Positions 16,294 through 25,113 of a stretch of DNA of 27,037 bases are shown one piece after another. The position numbers and the translations under genes are program-made. The DNA comes from Polyangia bacterium (GTDB taxonomy: Bacteria > Myxococcota_A > Polyangia > JAAYKL01): positions 1-27,037 of the forward strand of contig JBNKCR010000059.1 in NCBI GenBank assembly GCA_050287845.1. Reading direction: 5' to 3'. The notes under the pieces were generated by a model that made no database searches, was not told where the DNA came from, and worked only from the letters and a program-made list of their open reading frames with translations. Each line of letters opens with the position of its first letter. Position 1 is the first letter of the stretch.

Positions 16294-19005
16294 ATGAGCA
16301 TTCTCACTTTATATTTCGAAGCACACCAACCCAGACGATTGAAAAAGCACCCGGTTCCCAGCGAGCCATTTGACGACAAACTGAACAGGGAAATCCTCAC
16401 CAAGGTGGCTGCCAAATGCTATCTGCCGGCCAATGCCATGTTCGCCCGGCTGATTGAGGAGCATCCGGAGTTTCGAATCTGTCTGAGTGTGTCCGGAACC
16501 CTGATGGAGCAGGCGGTACAGTTCAACGCCAGTCTGGTGGACAGTTTTGCGGCACTGGGGAAGCTGGCCCGGGAAACCGGTCGCGTGGAGTTTCTGGGAG
16601 AAACCTATTATCATTCTCTGGCCGGCCTGTTCAAGGATGGCAACAAGGAAGAGTTCAAGGCCCAGATTCGCAAACACCGGGAGATGATGGAGAAATATGT
16701 CGGGGTGACCCCCAGGTCGTTCCGGAACACGGAGCTGCTCTACAACAATGCCATCGCCACGGTGGCGGCGGAAATGGGGCATTCGGCGATTCTCTGCGAA
16801 AAGCGGGACGATATGATTGCCGGGCAGTCGCCCAATACCATATTTAAAGACAGTCTGGGAGCCATTGCCGTTCTTCCCCGGAACTACGATTTGAGCGACG
16901 AGCTGGCCTTCCGGTTCACCCATCGACATGTGACCGCCGATACCTTCGCCGACTGGGTGGCGCGGATTGACGGCGAAGCGGTGATCATCGGCATGGATTA
17001 CGAAGCTATCGGCGAACATCAGTGGGAAGACACGGGAATCTTTGAATTCTGGGAGCATCTGCCCAGAGCCATCAGTCGGCGGCCCAATATTGTCATGAAG
17101 AATCCGACGGAAATCGGATTTGAACTGAAGGAGGCGCCCCGGGTCAGAATTGATGAGCTCGCCACGTCATCCTGGGCGGATGAAGGCCGGAACACCAATC
17201 CCTGGCTGGGAAATCGCGGGCAGCAGCGGCTGTTCGAGACGTATCAGGAGATGGAGACCCGAATCAGGATGAAACATGACGAGGAGCTCCTCGACACATG
17301 GCGTCATCTGGGTACGTCTGACAATTTTTATTACATGTGCACTACCCGTCATGGTGCGGATGGGGGCGTTCACGAGTATTTCAGTCACTTTCACGATGTG
17401 ACCGAAGCCATTGTCGCGTACACCACCGCACTGACTCAGTTGCGTACCCGTCGCGCGAAGAAGACCAGAGCCATCACCAGAAGCGCGCGGCGCTACCGGC
17501 GCCCCCGGATATTGCTGGTGACCCCCGAGATTACCGAGTTGGCTTCCGGGTTCGGCAACCTGTCCAACGTGGTGAGCGCCAAAGGGGGTGGTCTGGCCGA
17601 TATCAGTTCGGCCCTCATTGATGAAATGATGAAAATGGGGCTCGACGTTCACGTGGCCATTCCCAAATACGAGCGACAAATCCGGGAGTATTCGCAGATT
17701 TCCCAGCGGGAACTGGATCGGTTGGCCAGCATTTTCAAGGGGCCCAAGCGCATTCACCTGGTGCAGGATTCCCTGTTCAGTCACATTCGGGACGTCTACG
17801 AAAAGCACGGGGCAAATGACGCATTGCATCGGTCCATCGCATTTCAGGAAAAGGTCATCAATACCGTACTGAGCGAAGCCATGCCGGCCCACGGAAAGAT
17901 GCTGGTCCATTGCAATGACTGGATGACCGGGCTGATTCCCGCCGCCGCCCGGGAGCGGGGGTTTAAAACCATGTTTACCATTCACAACATCTATTCCGAA
18001 AAGAAAACCCTCAGGGAGCTGGAAGCCATGGGGATTGACGTCAGCCGCTTTTCCGGAGAGCTGTACCTGGAGCAGCATCCGGACTCGGTGCCCAACCCAT
18101 GGGAAAACATCGGCGTTGATTTTCTCCTCAGCGGCATCAAGGCATCGCATTTTGTCAATACCGTCAGTCCCACATTTCTCAAGGAAATCGTAAACGGCTA
18201 TTTCCCGGATATCATCAGCTGGCAAACCAGAGAAGAGTTCAAGGTCAAATACTATGCGGGCTGCGCATCCGGTATTCTCAATGCGCCCAAGGCGAACGCT
18301 CATCCCGCCATCGGCAAGGGGCTGGTGGTGAACTATGACGAGACCAGTTTTATCGAAGGTAAAAAAGCCAACAAGCTGGCGTTTCAGGAGCAGATGGGGC
18401 TGGATGTAAACGAAAACGTGCCGCTGATGTTCTGGCCAAGCCGTCTCTTTTCTCAGAAAGGGCCGGAATTGCTGGCCGCCATTGCGCAGCCACTGGTGGA
18501 CATGTATCGTGAGGACAATCTGCAGATTGCGGTGGTGGCCAACGGAGATTTCGGTTGGGAGCGGATTTACGGTCAGATAGCCTGTGCCAGCCACGGTCGG
18601 ATTGCATATGCCAATTTCGATGCGAATCTGAGTGAACTGGGGAAGGCGGCTGCGGACTTCATCCTCATGCCTTCTCTGTACGAACCCTGTGGATTGCCTC
18701 AGATGGAAGGCATGCGTTACGGGGCGCTGCCAATCGTCCGCGCCACGGGGGGTCTGAAGGACACGGTACAGCATCTGGACCTCGAAAAGGACACGGGGAA
18801 CGGCTTTGTATTTAACGACTATGTTTCAGATGCGTTCTGGTGGGCGTGTATGGAAGCCATGAAATATTATCGGTTGCCGGAAAAACGACGCCACAAAATT
18901 ATTCGCCGAATCATGCAGGAAGGCATCAACAACTTCAATCTCGAAAAAACCACCATGCAGTACATCCGGGTGTACGAAGAACTCCTCGGCGAAAAGCTGA
19001 TTTGA
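16294..19005 (+). CDS. glgA: Fusion of a GH57 alpha-amylase-like hydrolase (about aa 1-390) and a GT5 glycogen synthase (about aa 400-903)
   Basis: GH57 motifs EAHQP, ETYYHSL, FRNTELLY, MDYEAIGEHQ, TSDNFYYM. GT5 motifs KGGGLAD, CNDWMTG, TIHN, SRL..QKG, MPSLYEPCGL, RATGGLKDTV. Single uninterrupted frame. Confidence 0.92.
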   Translation: MSILTLYFEAHQPRRLKKHPVPSEPFDDKLNREILTKVAAKCYLPANAMFARLIEEHPEFRICLSVSGTLMEQAVQFNASLVDSFAALGKLARETGRVEFLGETYYHSLAGLFKDGNKEEFKAQIRKHREMMEKYVGVTPRSFRNTELLYNNAIATVAAEMGHSAILCEKRDDMIAGQSPNTIFKDSLGAIAVLPRNYDLSDELAFRFTHRHVTADTFADWVARIDGEAVIIGMDYEAIGEHQWEDTGIFEFWEHLPRAISRRPNIVMKNPTEIGFELKEAPRVRIDELATSSWADEGRNTNPWLGNRGQQRLFETYQEMETRIRMKHDEELLDTWRHLGTSDNFYYMCTTRHGADGGVHEYFSHFHDVTEAIVAYTTALTQLRTRRAKKTRAITRSARRYRRPRILLVTPEITELASGFGNLSNVVSAKGGGLADISSALIDEMMKMGLDVHVAIPKYERQIREYSQISQRELDRLASIFKGPKRIHLVQDSLFSHIRDVYEKHGANDALHRSIAFQEKVINTVLSEAMPAHGKMLVHCNDWMTGLIPAAARERGFKTMFTIHNIYSEKKTLRELEAMGIDVSRFSGELYLEQHPDSVPNPWENIGVDFLLSGIKASHFVNTVSPTFLKEIVNGYFPDIISWQTREEFKVKYYAGCASGILNAPKANAHPAIGKGLVVNYDETSFIEGKKANKLAFQEQMGLDVNENVPLMFWPSRLFSQKGPELLAAIAQPLVDMYREDNLQIAVVANGDFGWERIYGQIACASHGRIAYANFDANLSELGKAAADFILMPSLYEPCGLPQMEGMRYGALPIVRATGGLKDTVQHLDLEKDTGNGFVFNDYVSDAFWWACMEAMKYYRLPEKRRHKIIRRIMQEGINNFNLEKTTMQYIRVYEELLGEKLI

Positions 19006-19098
19006 TCCATTGGAATTGTTGAGTGTGTTCGAATCTGAACACTATAGGAGTGACAAATCCAAATGAGAGTGGCAGTTACTGCTCGCAAGCAGGCCCAT

Positions 19099-19497
19099 CT
19101 ATTGTTGTGCAGAGAGCCAGGTCATCGCTTCTTCCGGATCTGTGAATGCTTTTACTGTCACGCCTTGAGATTCGTAGCGCTTCACAAGCTCCTTCATATT
19201 CATCTGACCAAAAATCGCTTCGGGCAACACAAGCGCCCAGTATTTCCAGCCGGCTTTCATGATTTCGGGTTCCCACACCTGTTGCCCCCATTCAATATCC
19301 TCTTTGCGAAGTGCGGTGCTCTTTCGATCATCGGACAGCCACTTCGTACATTTGTGTTCTCGAAATGCCTTGCTTCCGGTGAGAAGGAGCTCTTTGAAAT
19401 CGTCTCCCTGAATGAATCCTTTTACAACGTGATGAACGATTCCTTTTTCCGGATGAACTTTCACCATACCATACTCTTTTTCCATCAATACTTTCAT
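19099..19497 (-). CDS. Small STAS/SEC14 (SpoIIAA-like) domain protein, 132 aa
   Basis: AGGAG RBS before MKVLMEKEY; family-like motifs KWLSDDR, GWKYWALVLP and F..PEEAMTWL. Confidence 0.65.
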   Translation of the reverse strand: MKVLMEKEYGMVKVHPEKGIVHHVVKGFIQGDDFKELLLTGSKAFREHKCTKWLSDDRKSTALRKEDIEWGQQVWEPEIMKAGWKYWALVLPEAIFGQMNMKELVKRYESQGVTVKAFTDPEEAMTWLSAQQ

Positions 19498-19577
19498 TGA
19501 CAGCTCCTTGTCCTCATGAATCCATTTTGTGAAACACAATTGCCGATGTGCGGCCTGATGGCTATCGTGCTTCTGTT

Positions 19578-20654
19578 TCAGCGAACTTTCCCTTTTGTTT
19601 CTCCCTGCATTCCTGAGAAGATAGCAGATGCGGCGGAAACACTCTCTGTCAGTTGTTCGACGTGTATGCTGCCCGCACTGATTCTGTTCTTGCACTCGGC
19701 AACGAATGAAGTCATCTGTTGAGAAAATGCAGTCGCTTCGCCAATCGAGCGATTTGTTTCTTTAATGCCCATTGAAGAGCTCGAAAGATTTTCTGCGATT
19801 TCTCTGGTTGTAATCGTTTGCTCTTCGGTGGCGGTGGCGATGGTTCCCACAAAGTCATTTACATCGGAGATCACCTGGGTAATCTCCTGAATATCAACGA
19901 TGGTTTTCTGGGTGGCTTCCTGAATGGCAATAATCTTTTTCCGGATATCGGCTGTCGCATTGTTGGTTTGCTGCGCCAGCTCCTTTACTTCGTTTGCAAC
20001 GACTGCAAACCCCTTTCCGGCTTCTCCGGCACGTGCAGCTTCTATGGTGGCATTCAGTGCGAGGAGCTTGGTCTGCTCTGCGATTTCAACAATTGTTTCT
20101 GTGACATTGTTGATTTGCTTTCCTGCAACACCGAGTGAATCTACGCTTTGTGATGCACTCTTCACACGAGATACTGCATGGTCGGCAACTCCCCGTGCGT
20201 GTTCCGCATTCTGCGCAATTTCGGTAACGGTTGATTTCATTTCCTCGGTGGAGTTGGCGATTGCCGATATTTCTTCATTCATGCGCTGCGTGACCGATGA
20301 CACATCCGTCAGCTTCCCTTCAATAATTGCTGATGCCTGGATCAGCGCTTCAATGTTACTGCTCAATTCTCCGTTGTTCGAAATAATAGAGTCAATAGCG
20401 CTGGAGTCCGCGGTCGTGCTTTTCTCCAACTTGTCCAATGCATTCTGCAACTGCGCATTTTTCACTTTCAAGGCATCATATCCAATAAGTTTCTGCTGGA
20501 TTGTCCGCCATGCGATATGAATATTATCGGAGATCGGGATTTCCCCCATGTTCAATGAGGCGATTTTCGGATTCTCGGCAAGCTGGCTCAAGGCGACCTC
20601 GAAACCTTTTGTGATAAATGAGGCTCGGTCGGATTGGTCGGTTGTTTTGCTCAT
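19578..20654 (-). CDS. Soluble methyl-accepting chemotaxis protein
   Basis: Hairpin-tip motif IAEQTKLLALNATIEAARAGEAGKGFAVVANEVKELA; methylation-type TEE/TEEQ sites; no TM helix seen. Confidence 0.9.
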   Translation of the reverse strand: MSKTTDQSDRASFITKGFEVALSQLAENPKIASLNMGEIPISDNIHIAWRTIQQKLIGYDALKVKNAQLQNALDKLEKSTTADSSAIDSIISNNGELSSNIEALIQASAIIEGKLTDVSSVTQRMNEEISAIANSTEEMKSTVTEIAQNAEHARGVADHAVSRVKSASQSVDSLGVAGKQINNVTETIVEIAEQTKLLALNATIEAARAGEAGKGFAVVANEVKELAQQTNNATADIRKKIIAIQEATQKTIVDIQEITQVISDVNDFVGTIATATEEQTITTREIAENLSSSSMGIKETNRSIGEATAFSQQMTSFVAECKNRISAGSIHVEQLTESVSAASAIFSGMQGETKGKVR

Positions 20655-20989
20655 ATCAATATCCTTGTTTTCATGAGTCTGTGCAGTAAATTGTCATCTC
20701 ATATCCTGTTAGAACGACATTCACGGAGATAAATAAATGGGGCAGATTGAGATTAATAATATCGTGGAAGCGTTTTTTGCTTATTGACGCGGGCGGAAAA
20801 ATTGCGGCGTTGCTATCTGTTTTTCCCTCAAGTATTTGATTAAATTGGTTGAATTATTCGATCTTTTCCTCATAAGTACTACACCGGCGCAACGTTGAAT
20901 GATTGCAGAATGCGGTCAGTGCATCGATTCGATTCAACGGAACAGCGTGTTCAGATATGACCGCCGAAAATGAACTGAGAAGAACCGAT

Positions 20990-22780
20990 ATGGCTTTGAT
21001 TACAATAAAGAATGCCTGGCTGTCGTACGGTGGATATCCGCTTTTTGAAGACACGGAATTTCAGATTGAACCGGGGGAGCGGGTGTGTCTGGTGGGACGG
21101 AATGGCGCCGGGAAATCCACCCTGCTGAAAGTGGTTATCGGCAATGTACTCCTCGAAAAGGGCGACATTATCCGACAACCGCAGGCACGGTTTGCATATC
21201 TTCCCCAGGATGTGCCCGATGATGTCCATGGCACATGTCTTTCGGTGGTGAAAGGTGGCGCCGATGCAAAGATACACGATGAACACGAAGCGGAATACCG
21301 CGCCCAGTCGGTGATCAGCCAACTGGGGCTCGATGAAACCGCGCTGGTGGAAAACATGTCCGGCGGACAGAAGCGGCGGGTGCTGCTGGCGCGGGCCATT
21401 GTATCTGAACCGGATTTGCTGTTGCTGGACGAACCCAGCAACCATCTGGATATCGAGTCCATCGGATGGCTGGAGAATTTTCTGTTGCGGTTTGAAGGGG
21501 CGATTCTGTTTGTCTCCCACGACAGATACTTTCTCAAGAAGATTGCCACCAGAATTGTGGATTTGGATGCGGGAAAATTCACGAGCTGGCCGGGAAATTA
21601 TGAGTTGTACCTGGAGCGAAAAGCCGAAATGCTTGAAGTGGCCAGAGCGCAGAACGAAAAATTTGAAAAGAAGCTGGCCGAAGAGGAAGCCTGGATTCGG
21701 CAGGGAATCAAAGCGCGACGTACCCGGAACGAAGGTCGCGTTCGCAATCTGATCAAACTGCGGGAAGTGGCCCGCCAGCGGCGAAAGAGTGTTGGCAAAA
21801 CCGAATTTTCAATCAGTGAACAGACGGCTCGCGCCAGCAAGAAGGTGATTCAGCTGAAGTCAGCGTCCTATGAGTGGGAGCCCGGACGCCCCCTGATTCG
21901 CAACCTGGACTTCACGGTGTACCGGGGAGATAAAATTGGCATTGTGGGCAGCAACGGTTGCGGGAAAACCACGGTCATCCGTCTGATGCTCGGTGAGCTG
22001 GCCCCCACCGGCGGGGAGGTGGCGCTCGGGGAAAACCTGGAAATCGCATATCTGGATCAGTTGCGTGACCGACTGGATGAAAGCAGAACGGTTGCCGAAA
22101 ACATCTGCGATGGCGACAATGTGCTGCTGAACGGCACTCCGAGGCATGTCATTTCGTATCTCAGAGATTTTCTGTTTACCGCCGACCGGGCCAAATCTCC
22201 CCTGTGGGTGCTTTCGGGGGGCGAGCGGAATCGCCTGTTGCTGGCCAAGCTGTTTACCCAGCCGGCCAATCTGCTGGTATTCGATGAACCCACCAACGAT
22301 CTCGATACCGAAACCCTGGAGTTGCTGGAAGATCGGATTTCCGCGTTTGCAGGCACCGTTCTTGTTGTCAGTCACGACAGGGAGTTTTTGAATAATACTG
22401 TGACCGGTACGCTGGTATTTGAAGAAGACACCATTCGCGATTATGCCGGTGGGTATGATGATTGGCTGGCTCAGCGCCCGGAACCGGAAGAAAAAATCCG
22501 TCGCGCCGAAAAGAAGCAGAAGCCCAAATCCAATGTCAGTCGCCGAAAGCTGACATACAATGAAACCCGGGAGCTGGCGTCCCTGCCGGAACGCATTGAG
22601 GCGCTGGAAGCGGAGCAGGCCGAGTTGACCGGACAGATGCAGGACCCGTCATTTTTTATTGATAACGCCGATGGGGTGAGGAAAGTCAGTGGTCGATTGG
22701 ATGATATCGAAACGGCGCTGATGGAAGCGCTCGAACGGTGGGAAACGCTGGAGTCCATTCAGGAGGGAACCCATCAATGA
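20990..22780 (+). CDS. uup: ABC-F family ATPase Uup
   Basis: Two ABC cassettes (GRNGAGKST/MSGGQ/LLLDEP and GSNGCGKTT/LSGGE/FDEPTN), linker WIRQGIKARRTRNEGRVR, and C-terminal coiled coil ending ERWETLE. Confidence 0.92.
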   Translation: MALITIKNAWLSYGGYPLFEDTEFQIEPGERVCLVGRNGAGKSTLLKVVIGNVLLEKGDIIRQPQARFAYLPQDVPDDVHGTCLSVVKGGADAKIHDEHEAEYRAQSVISQLGLDETALVENMSGGQKRRVLLARAIVSEPDLLLLDEPSNHLDIESIGWLENFLLRFEGAILFVSHDRYFLKKIATRIVDLDAGKFTSWPGNYELYLERKAEMLEVARAQNEKFEKKLAEEEAWIRQGIKARRTRNEGRVRNLIKLREVARQRRKSVGKTEFSISEQTARASKKVIQLKSASYEWEPGRPLIRNLDFTVYRGDKIGIVGSNGCGKTTVIRLMLGELAPTGGEVALGENLEIAYLDQLRDRLDESRTVAENICDGDNVLLNGTPRHVISYLRDFLFTADRAKSPLWVLSGGERNRLLLAKLFTQPANLLVFDEPTNDLDTETLELLEDRISAFAGTVLVVSHDREFLNNTVTGTLVFEEDTIRDYAGGYDDWLAQRPEPEEKIRRAEKKQKPKSNVSRRKLTYNETRELASLPERIEALEAEQAELTGQMQDPSFFIDNADGVRKVSGRLDDIETALMEALERWETLESIQEGTHQ

Positions 22781-23814
22781 GTTTTGATGGCTACCAGTTG
22801 GTCAGTGCCACCCTTGAGGAACTGAAATCGATTTTTAAACAGCAGGGATATCCCGCATTCCGCGCGGCTCAGCTGTTTGACTGGATTCATGCAAAAGGCG
22901 AGGTGGATGCGGAGCGGATGAGCAACCTGCCGGAGAAGCTGCGAAAAGAGCTGGGCGAAAATAATGCCCTGACCCCGGTGCGGGTGGGGGAGGTGCATAC
23001 CTCGGAAGACGGCACGCGGAAGATGGAGATTCTGCTGCACGACGGAAGAACTGTCGAAACGGTGCTCATCCCGGATGGCGGCAAACTCACCCAGTGTATT
23101 TCTTCTCAGGTGGGCTGCTCCGTCGGATGCGAATTCTGCCGTTCCGGAAAGTTCGGTTTCATCCGCAATCTGACCGCAGCGGAAATCATTGGCCAGGTAT
23201 TCATGGCGAAGCAGGCGTATTTTCCCGAAGAGCAGCTGACCAATGTGGTGTTCATGGGAATCGGGGAGCCGCTCCACAATTACGATAACGTGGTACGCAC
23301 CTGGCGGCTGCTGTGCGACCCGGCGGGCCTGAATCTGTCGTCCCGCAAAGTCACCATCTCCACTGCGGGAATTGTTCAGGGCATCGAAAAACTGGGACGG
23401 GACCTGGGGGGCAAGGCCGCGCTGGCGATTTCGTTGCATGCGGCAGACGAAGATACCCGCCAGAAACTGGTCACCGGAATGAAGGCGTCTCTCGCCGATA
23501 TCATCAGCGCATTGCGACGCTATCCTTTGCCCAAACGCCGTCGATTCACCATTGAGTACGTGCTGGTGAAAGGGGTGAATGATTCCGATGATGATGCCAG
23601 AAAGTTGGTGAAGCTGCTCAATCCCATTCCCGTCAAGGTCAACCTGCTGCCGCTGAATCCCCATGATTTATCCGATATGACGCCCCCATCTGCGGAACGG
23701 GTGGACGCATTTCAGCAGATTCTGGCGAGCCGGGGTATTTCGGTTTTCATGCGAAAACGCCGCGGAGACGATATTCAGGCGGCCTGTGGTCAGCTGCTGG
23801 GAAAGAAGGACTGA
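22777..23814 (+). CDS. rlmN: 23S rRNA/tRNA m2A methyltransferase RlmN (radical SAM)
   Basis: CISSQVGCSVGCEFC, NVVFMGIGEP, ISLHA, EYVL, RGDDIQAACGQL; ATGA overlap with uup. Confidence 0.96.
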   Translation: MSFDGYQLVSATLEELKSIFKQQGYPAFRAAQLFDWIHAKGEVDAERMSNLPEKLRKELGENNALTPVRVGEVHTSEDGTRKMEILLHDGRTVETVLIPDGGKLTQCISSQVGCSVGCEFCRSGKFGFIRNLTAAEIIGQVFMAKQAYFPEEQLTNVVFMGIGEPLHNYDNVVRTWRLLCDPAGLNLSSRKVTISTAGIVQGIEKLGRDLGGKAALAISLHAADEDTRQKLVTGMKASLADIISALRRYPLPKRRRFTIEYVLVKGVNDSDDDARKLVKLLNPIPVKVNLLPLNPHDLSDMTPPSAERVDAFQQILASRGISVFMRKRRGDDIQAACGQLLGKKD

Positions 23815-23815
23815 C

Positions 23816-24631
23816 ATGCGGGTATTCGGGCGACGGTTCTGCCGGGCATTGTGTTGCGTACTGAGCTTCGGGTTCAGTGCCTGCGTGCCATGGGTGGCCG
23901 TGACCACAGAAATGTCCGGGCCCCTGGGGAGCACTTCCCGGGGCGTACTCGTGAATGGCACAGAGATGCCGCGCCGGGGCGTTGGATATGAATTTTATCA
24001 TCGGCGCGACCGGCGATATGGCAGTGTCCCGTTGACCCGGCTAGTGGCGGATGTTGCCGCCCGGGTGGCAGACGTTTATCCCGGCAGTGAATTGAAGGTG
24101 GGCGATGAGAGTGGTCGGGGAGGGGGCAGAATACTCGGGCATTCGTCCCATCGGAATGGACTCGATGTGGATTTTGCATTCTTTATGCGATCGCCGAAGA
24201 AAACCCGGACGAGCGCGTATGTATTGGCGCCCCTCGATCAGTATGGGGTGGCGACAACGGACCGCGACGTGGCCTACTTTGACTACGAGAAAAACTGGTT
24301 ACTGGTGGAGGCATTGCTCACCAGCGACGAAGCGCAGGTGCAGTGGATTTTTGTCAGCAGCGGATTAAAGGTCCGGCTTCTTTCGTACGCGCTGGCCGCC
24401 GGAAAAGATGTCGAAATCGTGTATCGGGCGGCCCATGTGCTGCATCAGCCAAAAGACAGCGCCATTCACAACGATCATTTTCATGTGCGCATTTACTGTC
24501 CGCCGCAAAGTGAATCTGTCGCGTGCGTGCAGCGCAAGCCCATCTGGCCCTGGATAGACAAATCATTCCTGAATGAAGGCCCCGGTCCCGACGACCACAC
24601 CCTTGTCACCCTGGCCCTGGAGGGGCTGTGA
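23816..24631 (+). CDS. mepA: Penicillin-insensitive murein endopeptidase (MepA/M74 family)
   Basis: LAS-type zinc motifs GHSSHRNGLDVD and HNDHFHVRIYC; signal/lipobox-like N-terminus. Confidence 0.85.
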   Translation: MRVFGRRFCRALCCVLSFGFSACVPWVAVTTEMSGPLGSTSRGVLVNGTEMPRRGVGYEFYHRRDRRYGSVPLTRLVADVAARVADVYPGSELKVGDESGRGGGRILGHSSHRNGLDVDFAFFMRSPKKTRTSAYVLAPLDQYGVATTDRDVAYFDYEKNWLLVEALLTSDEAQVQWIFVSSGLKVRLLSYALAAGKDVEIVYRAAHVLHQPKDSAIHNDHFHVRIYCPPQSESVACVQRKPIWPWIDKSFLNEGPGPDDHTLVTLALEGL

Positions 24632-24748
24632 TTCAAAGCCGAATCCGCTTTTTTCCATGTCGTCGTATCGGTAGAGAACAGCCGTGTGAAATTCGCCCTC
24701 GACGAGGGGGTAAGGGCAGAAGGATCCCCTCGAAATGTGCATTACTAC

Positions 24749-24964
24749 AGCCCCGTAGGGGCACCCGCATACCAGCCCAGTGCAACGCGCTGGGTTGTCC
24801 AAATAAATAAAGAAACCACCAGCCCTGAAAGGGCGTCCCATAAATCATCGGAATGATATTTTTGTGATGGGGTGATGGCACGCCCTTTCAGGGCTATGAT
24901 TGCTTTTTTCCCTATAACCCCAGCGCGTTGCACTGGGCTGGTATGGAACCGCCCCTTTGGGGCT
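24749..24964. repeat. 216-bp modular inverted repeat (REP/REPIN- or MITE-like), A-B-C / C'-B'-A'
   Basis: A 24749-24762 vs 24951-24964 (12/14), B 24768-24794 vs 24919-24945 (27/27), C 24821-24836 vs 24880-24895 (16/16). Each module is itself a hairpin. Confidence 0.9.
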
Positions 24965-25068
24965 AACTCAAAAAAATGAGGGAAACATCAGGGGCCAGGG
25001 GGATGTCGACATATGTTCCGCCCAATACGGACACGAATTCGTACCGGTAGAGAACAACAGAGTAAAAT

Positions 25069-25098
25069 TCACCCTGGCCCTGGAAGGGCTGTGATTCA
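25069..25098 (+). repeat. Direct repeat of the mepA 3' end (24606-24635)
   Basis: TCACCCTGGCCCTGGARGGGCTGTGATTCA, 29/30 identical, including the stop codon. Confidence 0.9.
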
Positions 25099-25113
25099 CG
25101 TCGGAGTTTCTGC

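Noticed and set aside
6037..18774. Long antisense ORFs (e.g. 6037-7443, 9788-11194, 11560-12780, 12896-14056, 17167-18774)
   Set aside because: They are shadows of well-supported genes on the opposite strand in GC-rich sequence, with no recognisable motifs.
19498..19695. N-terminal extension of the STAS-like ORF
   Set aside because: It overlaps the MCP 3' end; a better RBS and start are at 19497.
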